The position numbers and the translations under genes are program-made. The notes beneath the pieces are model-generated. The model was not told the DNA's origin. It did no database searches and worked only from the letters and a program-made list of their open reading frames with translations. From Pseudogymnoascus verrucosus (Eukaryota): a stretch of 64,000 nucleotides of DNA. Shown piece after piece: positions 1 to 11,687 of this stretch (positions are counted from its first letter, which is position 1; each line of letters opens with the position of its first letter). Location: NCBI GenBank assembly GCA_001662655.1, contig KV460232.1, one strand, 5' to 3'.

Positions 1-139
1 AACATCATACAGCTCGGAATCACTCATAATAACAATGATTGTATTAATTGTATTAAATGTTAATCTAAAAAGCTATATATTAAGGACGGCGACAAGCCTT
101 CACAGCTAGACGCTTGGACATATTATATGTCTTGGCAAG

Positions 140-262
140 TATTCGAATCATTCAAATACTGGCCGAATCATGATTCGAATCATTAAGAAATAGCCCGAAT
201 CAGATCATGATTCGAGTCTGATTCGGGGCGAATCATGCCGAGTCACGATTCGCTGCACACTG
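140..262. mobile_element. Probable terminus of a hAT-type DNA transposon (TIR plus subterminal repeats); rest of the element lies left of the window
   Basis: Minus strand from 262 reads CAGTGTGCAGCGAATCGTGACTCGGCATGATTCG...; a dense cluster of GATTCG/CGAATC motifs in both orientations stops abruptly at this end. A CAG start with short subterminal repeats is typical of hAT ends. The other end and the TSD are not visible. Confidence 0.5.
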
Positions 263-830
263 CAACCTAGACTAGAAACACAATGCTTGAATCTTACTTG
301 ATTAAACTTTAAAATGTGCAACTGGTAAAGAAATACAAATTATAATTTCTAGAAATATATTTCCCGAAATATACATTCTTTGAACACTTTGAATATTTTA
401 TTTCCTGTCAAAAAATAATAAATAATTTGGAGAGACAAAGAATAACTCGGGCATTATCCCAAGCCATTTAGTCATCAATGGCCGTATTTACATCTCATTG
501 TGGACATCCTAGTAGCTCGTAATAAGGCGTTCGCATCAGTAAGAACCCCCTGCTGGTGAGTGTTTGTATATCTTGGCAATATTTTTGTAGATGAAGATGA
601 ACGGGATTGATCAACAGTTGTCCCCGTCGGCAGCCTCGCGCTAATAACCCCATACCCATGTCCGAGGCACCCCACCATACGACAAGGATCTCCCCCATCC
701 TCAACCTCACCCCGCGACAACATAAGCTGGAACAATGCAACCCAGTCGTCTCGTCGCCCGCTCCCTCCAGCTCCAGAATCACATACGGCATGGTCCCTTG
801 TCCACATCGCAAGAGCCAATAAACACCACA

Positions 831-1782
831 ATGCCGACGCCCACCGCCCCCTCCCCGGCGCTCCCGGAAAGACGAGCTCTCAAAATCCTTATGCTCCACG
901 GTACCTACTACCCCCCCCAACCTCTCCGCGACCTTCTGACACATAACAGGGTACACCCAATCCGGCGCCTCCTTCCATGCCAAAACCCGCGCCCTGGAAA
1001 AGGCCCTCGATAAAGCCTTCCCCGCCATCCCTAGCACCCCCAACGCCCGCGCCCCTCCAGGCTCCCTCGCTGCGTACCCGGGCGGCATCCGCCTCATCTA
1101 CCCCACCGCCCCGCACCGCCTGCGCCCGTCCCAGATCCCGGGATACGTGAGCGCGACTACCACATCCCAGGGCGGGCCGATTGCGGCTGGCGCGGCGGCG
1201 GATGATGAGGACGATGTGGATGCGTGGGCGTGGTGGCGCCGCGATGACCGCACTGGGATATATACGGGCCTCGATGAGGGTGTGGACCGGATCGCCGAGA
1301 CGATCTGCGAAGTTGGTGGCGTGGACGCGGTGATGGGATTCTCACAGGGTGGAGCTGCTGCGGCTATGGTAGCGGCGCTGTTGGAGCCGGGAAGGAAAGA
1401 AAAGATGGCGAAGGCAGGGGGGTGGAAGTTCCCCGCCTCGTTTGAGGATCTGGAGTGCGCGCCACTGAAGTTTGGGGTTGTGTATTCTGGGTTCTTTGCG
1501 CCGCATGACGATTATAAGGGACTTTATGAGGCGTGCGAGGGGATAACGAAGACGCTGCATTTTATTGGAGGCCTGGACACGGTTGTCGAGGAGAGTAGGT
1601 CGAGAGGTTTAGTGGATAGGGTTGGAGGAGATGTGGTTGTGCACCCAGGAGGTCACTTTGTGCCAATTGGGAAGGAGTGGGTAGCTGCTTTGGTAGGGTT
1701 TATTAGACAAGCTATTGAGGGCGGCGGAGTTTCAAAGGAGGAGGAGGATGCGAACGTCGAAGATATGGATGTCCCATTTTGA
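831..1782 (+). CDS. FSH1/OVCA2-family serine hydrolase
   Basis: ATG at 831; intron 901-949 (GT..CTGAC..AG) joins KILMLHG/YTQSG; motifs AWAWW, GFSQG nucleophile, LHFIGGLD and HPGGHFVP. Confidence 0.9.
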
Positions 1783-1968
1783 GAGGGGAACCACTGGAAG
1801 ATAAAACCGTTGGTGAGAAATATGGGATACATCGAAGACGGCATAGATATTAGATGTTCACGCTGACATATACCAAAGATAGATTCCTGGCTTTGTAAGA
1901 ACCGTTTGGTCTAGGCTATTATATAGTACACCATATCACGCCTCCCAATTTATCATCCCGATACCCGT

Positions 1969-3562
1969 CTAAGTTGACTTCTCGCCTTTCGGTGCAATCC
2001 TGGCCATCATCTCCTCCTTCGTGATCAAGTGGTCGATCCTCTCCAGCAGCCCAAGCAAGCTCTTCATGTTCCCACTCCACTCGTTCAACACATCATCCGC
2101 ATCCCTCTTCTTCTCAAAGCTGACTAGTCGTGCTGGTCTGTCAATCTTGGCAAACACCGTCTTGGCAGTCACAAGCTCGCTGATGTACTGCTCCGTCTCC
2201 TCCTCTGTTAGGTCCAGCAACTGGGTAAGTCGGCCCATCTGGATACGCGTGTAATACTTCGCAACAACGCGGACGTTGTGCTCAATAACGCGTTTGCGCA
2301 GTTCGTTCCAGCGGTACTTCGCGTCCGCCGAATTTTGATCAAAGACGTCCGTAGCGCACAGGTGCGGTCCGAAGTGCTTCTCTACTTCGGGCCAGCGCAT
2401 CAGCTCGTGGATGGTGAAGAGCTTGAGGAGCTCGGCCTCGACGGGGATTTGGGTGTTGCGTGTGTCAGCATGGATGCGGTGGAGGAGATCGGATTGCTCG
2501 TTGTCGTATGGAGCGAGGATCACGTAGTAGATAACGCGCTGGAGGGTCTGGGACAAGTTAGTAATACTCCGCCCAGCGAGTTCGTGAGACTTACTGCATG
2601 TAACTTCTCTGGGTCATCCTCTACTGCCTGGGTATCAAGGACCTGTCTGTAGTCCTTGCAAGCATCGAGATACTTCTTGTCGTGCTTGGCCAAGATAATC
2701 TGTTGCTCGTAATACCTCAACTTCAGGTCTGTGACATCATCCTCCTTAACTTCCGGCACATCCTCGCCCCTGTTTCTCCTCTTCTCGCGCTCCTTGGCCT
2801 CCTTCTCCAACTGCTCTGGTGACTTCGGGATCTGTCGTGCAAGGTATTTCGTGCTGATCTTCCTGCTGAGAATACCAGCCTGTGTCCAGTCGTCATTCTC
2901 TATGCATAATGCGACCTGTTCGAGGATAAATTCCGTCTTCTCCCTACGCTCCATTGACCCGAATGTCTCGACCTGCAACTCGCACAGGATGTCCGCCGCA
3001 GACTTGAGGTCGCCCTGCTCCTTCTTGATATCCGAGAGAACCTTTGTGACACGAGCCCGCTCCACCTCGACAAAAATCTTCCCCTCCGTCACCGTTCGTA
3101 GTGTCTCGATAACCGATAATTTCGTCTCGAGATCTGGCGTCTCGTCCAGGAAGCTCATCACGACCTGCACCATCTTTGTAATCGCCTGCTTGAGTTGTCC
3201 ATGCTTCTTCGACAGCAGAGAGACCTGCTCGTTCACCAGGTTCCAGTCCCCCGAATCTTTGCTTAGTGTGACTATCTTGACAATAACTCGCGAGGTGGAA
3301 GCAAGATCTGACGACTATATGTTTGTCAGCGAATGTTACTGCAAACGTAAAGGCAAGGCTGTCTACCTGTCTCGTTTGCTTCTCCAGCGCCGTCAGCTTT
3401 TCAATAGCTGCCTGTATGTTCGTCTATAGCGCAAAGTTAGATACAATCAGGCTATTGCAGATACTGGCGGCATACCTTGGCCAGCTCTTCTGCCTCTGGA
3501 AGCTGTTTGTCGACGTCGGCCGAGTGGTCCTTATCGGGCCTCATAACAGCTTCCCCGGACAT
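1969..3562 (-). CDS. RPN5: 26S proteasome lid subunit Rpn5 (PSMD12), multi-exon
   Basis: Spliced MSGEAVMRPDKD..., TVTEGKIFVEVERAR, ELQVETFGSM, PCI domain RVIEHNVRVVAKYYTRI, AKIDRP, HLITKEEM. Confidence 0.96.
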
Positions 3563-4038
3563 CTTTGCGGGTGAGGAGAGTAATCTGAGGTGTCACAGGT
3601 ACGATTGGGGTGAGGTATTGGAATAAGAGGGATAGATAGGTTGGTATATCGCAATGTGTGAGGTTTGGGGAAGCTCTTGTTGATGGTACGTACTCAGAGC
3701 GCAACCTGGAATATTGAACGCGGCGAGAGCTTGTCAGCACAGACCATTCGCGACAATAGTAATTAGGTCACGTGCTAATACACTTTGATTACTAATCATC
3801 ATGGAAGCATATCATAAGTGTGGAAAGTTTGACCAATATAGAACCTCTTTTACATTTTAGAGGTACATTTAATTCATAGATGCATATTGAATTCATTATA
3901 AAGTAACAAAAGAGCAATCTGTGGTATAAAATAGTGTTACCATTACAGTCACCTATATAACTCTCATCCTGAAAGCAAAACGGTATGGCTGCGCCAAACT
4001 CCTCTGAGAATCAATATTATAACACTGCTATTCGTGGC

Positions 4039-5739
4039 TTAAAGCTTCGTATGCCTCCCATGGAATCCCGCTGGCACAACTCCATCCACATCCGCGCGGC
4101 CCATCTCCGACAAGTCCTTCGCATCCAAGCACAGCAGATAGCTCTTTCCCGTATTCCCGTCATAGTTAACCACAAGCAGCACGCCATCGTCCTCGCTCTT
4201 CCCCTCCGGGTTCGGCACAAAGATGGCCTCGCCGGGTGTATGGTGGTCCTGAGTCCAAAACACGGACTTCTTCGTCTCGAGGTCTGTCTTGGCTATGGAA
4301 TCGAAGTACGACGACTTTCCGCTGTCGACAATGGTGTACAGGAAGCGATTCGGGCGGGTCGCATAGTCTGGGTTTATCGTCGGAAATTCCCCCAGTAGCG
4401 GCCCGTCAATGGTGAGGATACGTTCCGCGGTTGATGTTGTGATGCGCGCAGGTTTCTCCGTGGTAGGGATGCCGGCGAGACGGTAGCGCGCGAAATGAGG
4501 TTTAACAGTCTCGCGATGAGTCTTGATGAACTCGCCAGCCTTGGAGCTGGTGGAGAGGAAGTTCTCAAAGTAAAAGCGATGGATGATATCCAGGTTCTCG
4601 TACTCGACATGGTCGCACACGATACTTGTCGTCCCGTCTGCGGCAGTCTCCTCCCACGCGTTGGACGAGTGGAACATGAAGCATGCTGGGCTTGTGAACT
4701 TTGCAACTAGGCCACGGCCGTGCTTGCGATCCACGACGAGCCAGATAGATTTACGCGCTGGATCGAAGCGCGAGATGGAGTCCACGATATTGCGTTGCCA
4801 TAGGATACCGAGGCCATTGCTGGCGATATGCGAGGACCAGATGCCGAGGACCATGAAATTCTCAGTGAGGAAGGAAGAGTGGATGTAAGCAGGCTTAATG
4901 TCGGGTCCGCTGATGGTGGCAAGAATTTCGGTCTTCCCTGTAGCTCTAGAAGTTTTGAAGACGCGATAGATAGAGTTCCGCCCAAAGGTTAGGTTATGGT
5001 TAAGAACATCTCCATTGACAGGGTCGTAATTTGCATGGGCCGCGCTGAGTGGTCCGGCAAGGGCAGGATGAAGAGAGCTTTGGTCGGCGACTCCAAGGGG
5101 CTCAAGTGTCTCAGGGTCAAATTGCTTGTACGAAGCATTGTCAGTAAACGCGGTGAGAGTCTTGAATCTCGACTTTCCGTCACTTGAATTTCCGTTGATC
5201 CCGGGAACATCTGGAGCAATAGTGACTCCAATATTATTCTCTTCAGGAGTCGGGCCCCTTGATACTGCCGTGAATACGGTCTTCATCTTTTTGAAGAGGC
5301 CATCGCATGGGTCCCGCTTCTGGCCGAAGGTTAATTGGTCATAATTCCCAGTGGAGCGAATCTTCTCGACCAAGGCGTCTACATTTTGGCGTGAGTTGTA
5401 AGTAACCTCCACCGAGCCATCAGCTGAAAGGGTAAGTTCAAACCGATGTATCGAGGAAAAACCATCGAACCAGTGGTCGATTTTAAAATCACCCTTTGGG
5501 GTATCTTTGACAATATACTGAGACGGACCGGTTCGGTATAGAGTACCGGCAGCGTAGGAAGGAATAAGGCCTTTCACCGACAGTTTAACTGGCGTATGTT
5601 GGTACCCATCCGCTTGGAACTGGTATATATTAGATGGGGAGTCTTAATCAGATGGGTGTTACATCCTCTGATATAAAAGAATAGAACTTACAGCAGCTTC
5701 ATTTGGCCACCCTTGGAAGTGCTCAGAAGATGCAACCAT
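4039..5739 (-). CDS. Carotenoid cleavage dioxygenase (RPE65 family; torulene oxygenase CAO-2/CarT-like)
   Basis: Exon 1 MVASSEHFQGWPNEAA, then one intron; HWFDG, and iron-ligand His contexts SAAH, YIHS, MFHS, GFHG; PGEAIFVP..EDDGVLL. Confidence 0.88.
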
Positions 5740-7390
5740 AATTGCGGTTGTTGATTAGTTTGTGGATATGCAACTGCGGTTGAGAATAGTGAGAACAAGG
5801 AATATGGCAAAAGTGAAAGATTTATATACAGCAATCAACGCGTGAAAGCAAGGAGGACGCGTATATTTGGAAGAAGGTTACCCCGAGTAGAAGGTGTATG
5901 ACGAGGACACAACAACAGATATAAATGTCTGATATAGCTCAAAGTAGTAAACTTTGGCGGAGTTGCAGTAGAGACATGACACGGCGGGGATGATGGGGGG
6001 GTTCAGGGTCATGAAGAGGCGACGCGGCTCATGGCCTTACGTCCGTACGCATTCTCTAGCCCCATCATGCGGAGCATACCACGTAACTTTATTGTAGTGG
6101 CTCCATTTATTCCGTAAAATAAGTGTAGTGTGGCTTGTGGGTCAGCGTAGAGTATTTTCCACAGATATTAAAAAGGCATTTGTGCTTCAAATGCCAGCTA
6201 CCGACGACCCTCGTGTCGCACTGTCTCAGTATCGCTCGATTTCCAATGACAGTGTCGCATAGGCGAGAGAAGCACTTGGGCGACATGGGTGGGCTTCGTG
6301 GGACCGCATCGCTCGATCAAGCCTCGTATGTATAGTACCAATCGTCGGATCCGACAATTAGTATATCACTGTATCCATGTATGATTGTACTACGGGAATA
6401 GCGAGTGATGGAATGTGGATTTCAAAGGGATGGGGTTACAGACAGATGTCGGGCTGACGTTGACCCGCTCAAAATCTCCCCAGTCGCGGACCAACTTCGG
6501 TTATGGGTATTGGCAGCCTGTGGCTGTGGGTACGACGAAGCTGACAAACATTACCTTTTATCACTCTTATTTCCACGACATCGCTGTCTCAGACATCCGT
6601 GGGTTGTCAGTCGCGGGAAAATAATACCAATGAGTGATAGCTAAGCCACCGAAACTATATGCGCAGCCATAAATACCCTCCATTATTATGGCCGAGCCGG
6701 CTATGAAAGGCTGTAAAGAAGCTACCTGTGGAGGATCGCACCTTCCCGATTTTACGTCCGTAAGGTGAACGGGGCAGCGGAGATGCCAATATTGTTTGCC
6801 CGGCGTCAGATGCTTTTTGGACAGAACTCCGAGCTTCTGATCACCGCACACTGCAATCACCGTCATCGTCGCCATCACTGATGCTGACAATCGCTATGTC
6901 TACCGTCTTTTGATATTTACTTCAAGATATGCTTAGTAAGCAATAATGTAGCAAACTGAAGGTCGAATATACACCACCGGTTTGTATGTAGCCTCGAAGT
7001 TTCTGGTAATTGTGTTTGTGCCAAACGTGAGCTAAAAATCGGAAGGAGGAGATTGTTAGTACTGTTCTCCCAGCGATGAGATTGCTAGGTAGGGTTTTCT
7101 TTGAGCAATCTTTTCTAAGTTGGATTTGCTTTTCACGTCATCAAAGAGGAACCCTTTATCCTCGTCCAGTGTGGAAATGTTTCTATTCAAGACTGCCCCG
7201 TTTCAACAAACGTAAAATGGCTCAAAGCAAGCCGCCTTTTTTCCTGGTCGCTATTATACATGCCTTTAAAACTATATATAAAAGGAAAGATTAAATCCTT
7301 ATTCAGGTCTTTCTCAGCCAACCTTTCTTTCACATCGTTCCCACAATACCAAAGTTAGATCCACTCTGTATCAAGCACTTTTCCAACATC

Positions 7391-9478
7391 ATGACTGATA
7401 TCACGAATAGCAAGATAGAAGGATCTTCTGATGGATCCATTTGCACGCGGGAGGGTTTCACCCCAAATATCATTGGGCTGTATGGTATACCTGGCGCTGG
7501 TAAATCTCATTATCTTTCCAAGCTAGAGGTGCTCTCTCAGTCAGAAGTAACCCACCCGTTTCAATTCTTCGAGGGCACTTTAGTGATCGACTCTCTCATT
7601 CCCGGTGGCCTTCTCGCATTCAAGGAGTTGCCAGAGGAGCAGAAAGTGAAGTTGCGCGAAAAAGCCATTTGTTCCATCAAAGATGAATGCACAATCGGCA
7701 GAACTAATGGGGTAGTGGCGGGGCATGCCACGTTCTGGGGCGGAAAGGACGATTCCGAGATCATTGTGATTACACCGAAAGATCTTGAGATATATTCGCA
7801 TATACTGTACTTGAGAACTGACCCCGAGGTTATTCAACAACACCGCTTGAGAGACTGGGTGAGAGACCGTGATATCGTGCCACTTGAACACCTGGAGAAG
7901 TGGCAGAAACAGGAAGAAAACATGCTGCGCACACTTTGTCGCGTCCATGGTATTCATTTCTGTGCATCATCTCGAGGAAACGACATGGAGTCCGAAGAAA
8001 TGTTTGCAGTCAGACTCATGAGTTTGGTCACCGATCTCGGCCATCACAATGAGCATGTTAACCAGAGGAACGCGATTGCCAGGCTAGGAGAGGCTATGGA
8101 CAGTGACGCCACTCGCGATGGTCGAGTCAAGAAAATGTTGGTAATGGATGCGGACAAGACACTGGCTCCGCAGGATGTTGCCGATATGTTCTGGGAAAAA
8201 GTCTCTAACCACGGGGCATCGACAGGGGCAAAAAACCCATTGAAAAAGTTGTTCGGCGGTCCTGGTGGCTACTCGTACCACTCCTTTCGGCAGGCCACCT
8301 TGCTCTACGAAGAAGCCACCAATGACGAAGTGTTCGATAGCGTATGTAACGAGGTAGCCTCGGAGGTGACTATGTATCCAGAGTTGGTATCTTTGTTGCA
8401 TCAAGCGGCAGAGCTTGATCATGTCGGCGCTGTGGTCGTAACTTGCGGGCTACAACGTGTCTGGGAGAAAGTTCTTGAGAGAGAAGGTCTGGGCGACTAC
8501 GTGGCAGTTATTGGCGGTGGACGCATTTCGGATGGATTCGTGGTGACTGCTGAGCTTAAAGCAGACTTGGTTGCTCACATCCGAGACGCATACCAGGTAG
8601 AAGTCTGCGCATTTGGAGACAGTCCGCTGGATTTGCCAATGTTAATCCAGGCAGACAGGGCTATAGTCGTTGTTGGCGATGAGGACTCTAGGAGCAAATC
8701 AATGGAAGCTGCCTTGACGGATGCTATTAAAACCCAAGGTTTGGTCGCCACCCAGGTCGTGCTGCCAAGTACAGCAACCCCTCGGTTGGATTCGGTCAAG
8801 CTCCCGCTTCTACAGCTCTCACAGGCTGATATAGAGGCAATTCTGTGCGATTCCGAGTTTCGGCTCATCCACGGAACCAATAACAGCGCAACCGCCCTGC
8901 TCACAACTCAGACTCGTGATGCAACTGTTGCCGGCCCGGCTCTCAAGGAAGCTCATCGCCGTATTGGGTGGTATTTAGCTGTCGAGTACATTGGCAAGGT
9001 TATTGGGCTCGAGAGCTACCAGATCCCGCACGTTCAGGGCGGACACACGGAGGGTCATTGCCTGAGAGGCGAGACAAGGACGACAATTGTGCCTTTGATG
9101 CGCGGAGGAGGACCTATGGCAGAGGGTATCAACGAAGCTTTTCCTCTCGCAATGTTGGTGCATGCGAGCCAGCCTGAGGACCTCAAACTCCATCACGTAG
9201 AGCAGCAAGATAGCATCATCCTCGTCGACTCGGTCATCAACACCGGAAAATCGATTCTGGAATTCATAGAGCATGTCCGCAAGTTACATGCCACTGTCCG
9301 CATCGTTGTCGCTGCCAATGTTGTTCAAGACAAGTTCATCTCTGGAGAAACTGCGGCGAATCTAGCCATCCATGGGAATATCAGTCTTGTCGCTCTCCGC
9401 CTGTCTAAAAACCAGTTTACAGGCAGTGGCGAGGCCGATACGGGTAACCGCTTGTTCAATACCACTCATCTGGCATAA
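7391..9478 (+). CDS. Intronless three-domain protein: P-loop kinase + HAD phosphatase + uracil phosphoribosyltransferase-like domain
   Basis: Walker A GIPGAGKS; HAD motif I VMDADKTL and motif IV FGDSPLD; PRTase LMRGG, ILVDSVINTGKS and C-terminal DTGNRLFNT. Confidence 0.85.
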   Translation: MTDITNSKIEGSSDGSICTREGFTPNIIGLYGIPGAGKSHYLSKLEVLSQSEVTHPFQFFEGTLVIDSLIPGGLLAFKELPEEQKVKLREKAICSIKDECTIGRTNGVVAGHATFWGGKDDSEIIVITPKDLEIYSHILYLRTDPEVIQQHRLRDWVRDRDIVPLEHLEKWQKQEENMLRTLCRVHGIHFCASSRGNDMESEEMFAVRLMSLVTDLGHHNEHVNQRNAIARLGEAMDSDATRDGRVKKMLVMDADKTLAPQDVADMFWEKVSNHGASTGAKNPLKKLFGGPGGYSYHSFRQATLLYEEATNDEVFDSVCNEVASEVTMYPELVSLLHQAAELDHVGAVVVTCGLQRVWEKVLEREGLGDYVAVIGGGRISDGFVVTAELKADLVAHIRDAYQVEVCAFGDSPLDLPMLIQADRAIVVVGDEDSRSKSMEAALTDAIKTQGLVATQVVLPSTATPRLDSVKLPLLQLSQADIEAILCDSEFRLIHGTNNSATALLTTQTRDATVAGPALKEAHRRIGWYLAVEYIGKVIGLESYQIPHVQGGHTEGHCLRGETRTTIVPLMRGGGPMAEGINEAFPLAMLVHASQPEDLKLHHVEQQDSIILVDSVINTGKSILEFIEHVRKLHATVRIVVAANVVQDKFISGETAANLAIHGNISLVALRLSKNQFTGSGEADTGNRLFNTTHLA

Positions 9479-9897
9479 CTGGAACTTGACGGCTTGTGTG
9501 ATATGTCATGGGAAATGTACGTTGGTTGTTTCAATGCTGTCACCTGGGTCATATGTTTATATACTTCCTATTATTGCAGTAGTGTGAGAGATATGCAGTG
9601 TTTTCATTTTATTCGGACTTGGTGTGATAGTGTGATATGCGTGCTGTGATATATGGAAACTAAGGCTAGCTAGTGAACTACCATCGCCTGTCATAGCCAT
9701 GGGCCAAAATAGCCACTAGGTCTAGGAACACCCCATGATATAAAACCATTCCCCAGTCAAATAATAAGCTTATCCCCATGTCATTCAATCTTTCTATTAG
9801 CCTATCTGTTAGTTCAAGGCCACGTAAACTTTAAAGAACACACTATTGTTTTGTAGTGGGTGGGACCACTTCTCATTTCACTACACTATGTAACCAG

Positions 9898-10040
9898 TTC
9901 GCTCCTTCCAGATATCATGCGTGGGTTCCTTCCCCGTGTCATCCTTTCGCTCCTTCCATATATCGTTTTAACGGTCGCGCCTTCCATATATCACCCTAGC
10001 CGTTGCTCCTTCCATATATTGTCTTAGCCGTTGCTCCTTC
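9898..10040 (+). repeat. Degenerate tandem array, core GCTCCTTCCATATAT, 5 copies
   Basis: Cores start at 9901, 9949, 9977, 10005 and 10033 (last four at 28-bp period). Confidence 0.85.
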
Positions 10041-10103
10041 GTCAATATCATAATTCCGCAACACATAATAGGACCAGCCCAAGCCATACGCCAAACAGCC
10101 AAC

Positions 10104-10973
10104 ATGGACTATTCCGGACCTATTAGTGGTCCTTCAAGACGAGAAGACTTATCTACGGGAGCATCACAGTCTCTCCCCACAGCCTCACAACCACCATATA
10201 TCGATGGTCTTGGCTATGAAAACGGTCACGGCCACTCCTATGAACCCACCTACAATGGTGATCGAGCCACGAGAAATCACCAAATCCAATCCCAGGTATC
10301 CAAAGAGCCGGTCTATTCCGCTGCTGAAAGTGCAGATCCTTCTCAGCTTGCGCTCCCAGTATTAGAAGAGTCCGTTTATGCATCCGAAGAGAGCTCAGAC
10401 GCTCCCTCAACGCCATACTCGATGCCCGATGACTACGTCTTAACCCCACCCCGAATTCACTCCCCGAGGCCCAACGAGTCTTCTCGCCACGGTACTGAGG
10501 GCGCAGACGCTTGTCCGACCTCACTCCCAATGTATTCAGCCATCCCACGACAGATATCACATCGGACATATGCCCAAACGCCACTGTCGTGGAAGAGTCT
10601 CAAACTAAGCGTACGAGTAAGCATACACGTGGACAATATACGCCTAGAGATGTTTGAAAAGGTGATTGCGGAAGAAGTTGAGAGACGATTCGATGCACAC
10701 GTAACACTTGCCCAAGATGCGCGTCTTCTTCATGGCCTAGAGAACGGAGAGATAATATACCTGAGTGGTGATGTTATCGACGAAAGTGATACGCTACGCG
10801 TGATTGCGCGTGATGTAGAGGCATTGCAGCGCGAGATGGACATATTTAGATTCATGACCTCATTTACGCGGTTGCATGGATCGGTCGTGGTCTGCGGAAG
10901 CAACAACCCAATCGGGAGTGTGTTGTTACGTAGCAACACAGTCCTCATTGCACCCGATGAATCGGTAGTATGA
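10104..10973 (+). CDS. Hypothetical protein (289 aa; disordered S/P-rich N-half, apparently globular C-half)
   Basis: Single open frame with CCAACATGG start context; no family recognised. Confidence 0.55.
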   Translation: MDYSGPISGPSRREDLSTGASQSLPTASQPPYIDGLGYENGHGHSYEPTYNGDRATRNHQIQSQVSKEPVYSAAESADPSQLALPVLEESVYASEESSDAPSTPYSMPDDYVLTPPRIHSPRPNESSRHGTEGADACPTSLPMYSAIPRQISHRTYAQTPLSWKSLKLSVRVSIHVDNIRLEMFEKVIAEEVERRFDAHVTLAQDARLLHGLENGEIIYLSGDVIDESDTLRVIARDVEALQREMDIFRFMTSFTRLHGSVVVCGSNNPIGSVLLRSNTVLIAPDESVV

Positions 10974-11340
10974 ATGGACAGGAACTATTATTTACGCCCT
11001 CGTCCACGTCTTCTCAGGCAGAGACGTATAACAAGGGAATAAGAAATAGGGTGGGCCAGGATATAGGAGCAAGGAGAAGGGGTTAAGAAAGTGTTGGCGC
11101 TGTCTTCATTTTTGATATAACTTCAACACGGCATATTTCTAACATACTGTGTTGCAAAATTGTCATCAAGGAGTAGGCGGTTAAAGAGAAATAACTCTGT
11201 CATTCAAATCCATTATCTATATGGCCTGTGCCTATATAGTATGTGCTCTCTAAAGTAATGCTCGTTTCTACTCATAGAAACATATCCAGCGCCTCCAGTA
11301 CTCACTACCTCGCAAGGTATATTTCCAGTACCCCATACCT

Positions 11341-11537
11341 CGTAACGCCGTGCGTCCTTTTATCATAACGCCATATCCGATAACTCCATCCCCCTTCTAA
11401 CCATAACGCCATAAATCGTAAAATCATAAATCATAGAGCCGTAACTCGTAACTCCGTATCTCATTAATGTCGTAAATCGTAAACTCCGTAAATCATGCCG
11501 CCGTAAATTTAATAACTCCGTCGGTCGTAACGCCATG
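11341..11537. repeat. Low-complexity degenerate repeat of CGTAA/CATAA-based units (CGTAAC, CCGTAAATC, ATAACGCC)
   Basis: Visible reiteration of short units in the 3'-3' intergenic region. Confidence 0.6.
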
Positions 11538-11687
11538 TGGTGCCTCGGATTTCTTATCCATAAATCCATGCTGAGTAGCAACCACCCACATCTCGAGATG
11601 TATCGTCGTCTCATATCGTATCAAACATCTTGCAACTTCTCCTCGTTCCATATCGTAACACATAAATGGCAGCCCACTAGCTCCAAC

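Noticed and set aside
4039..5739. Carotenoid biosynthesis cluster around the dioxygenase
   Set aside because: No phytoene synthase, desaturase or opsin nearby; the gene stands alone.
9898..10040. CRISPR-like repeat-spacer appearance
   Set aside because: Eukaryotic context, degenerate repeats, very short related spacers and no cas genes.
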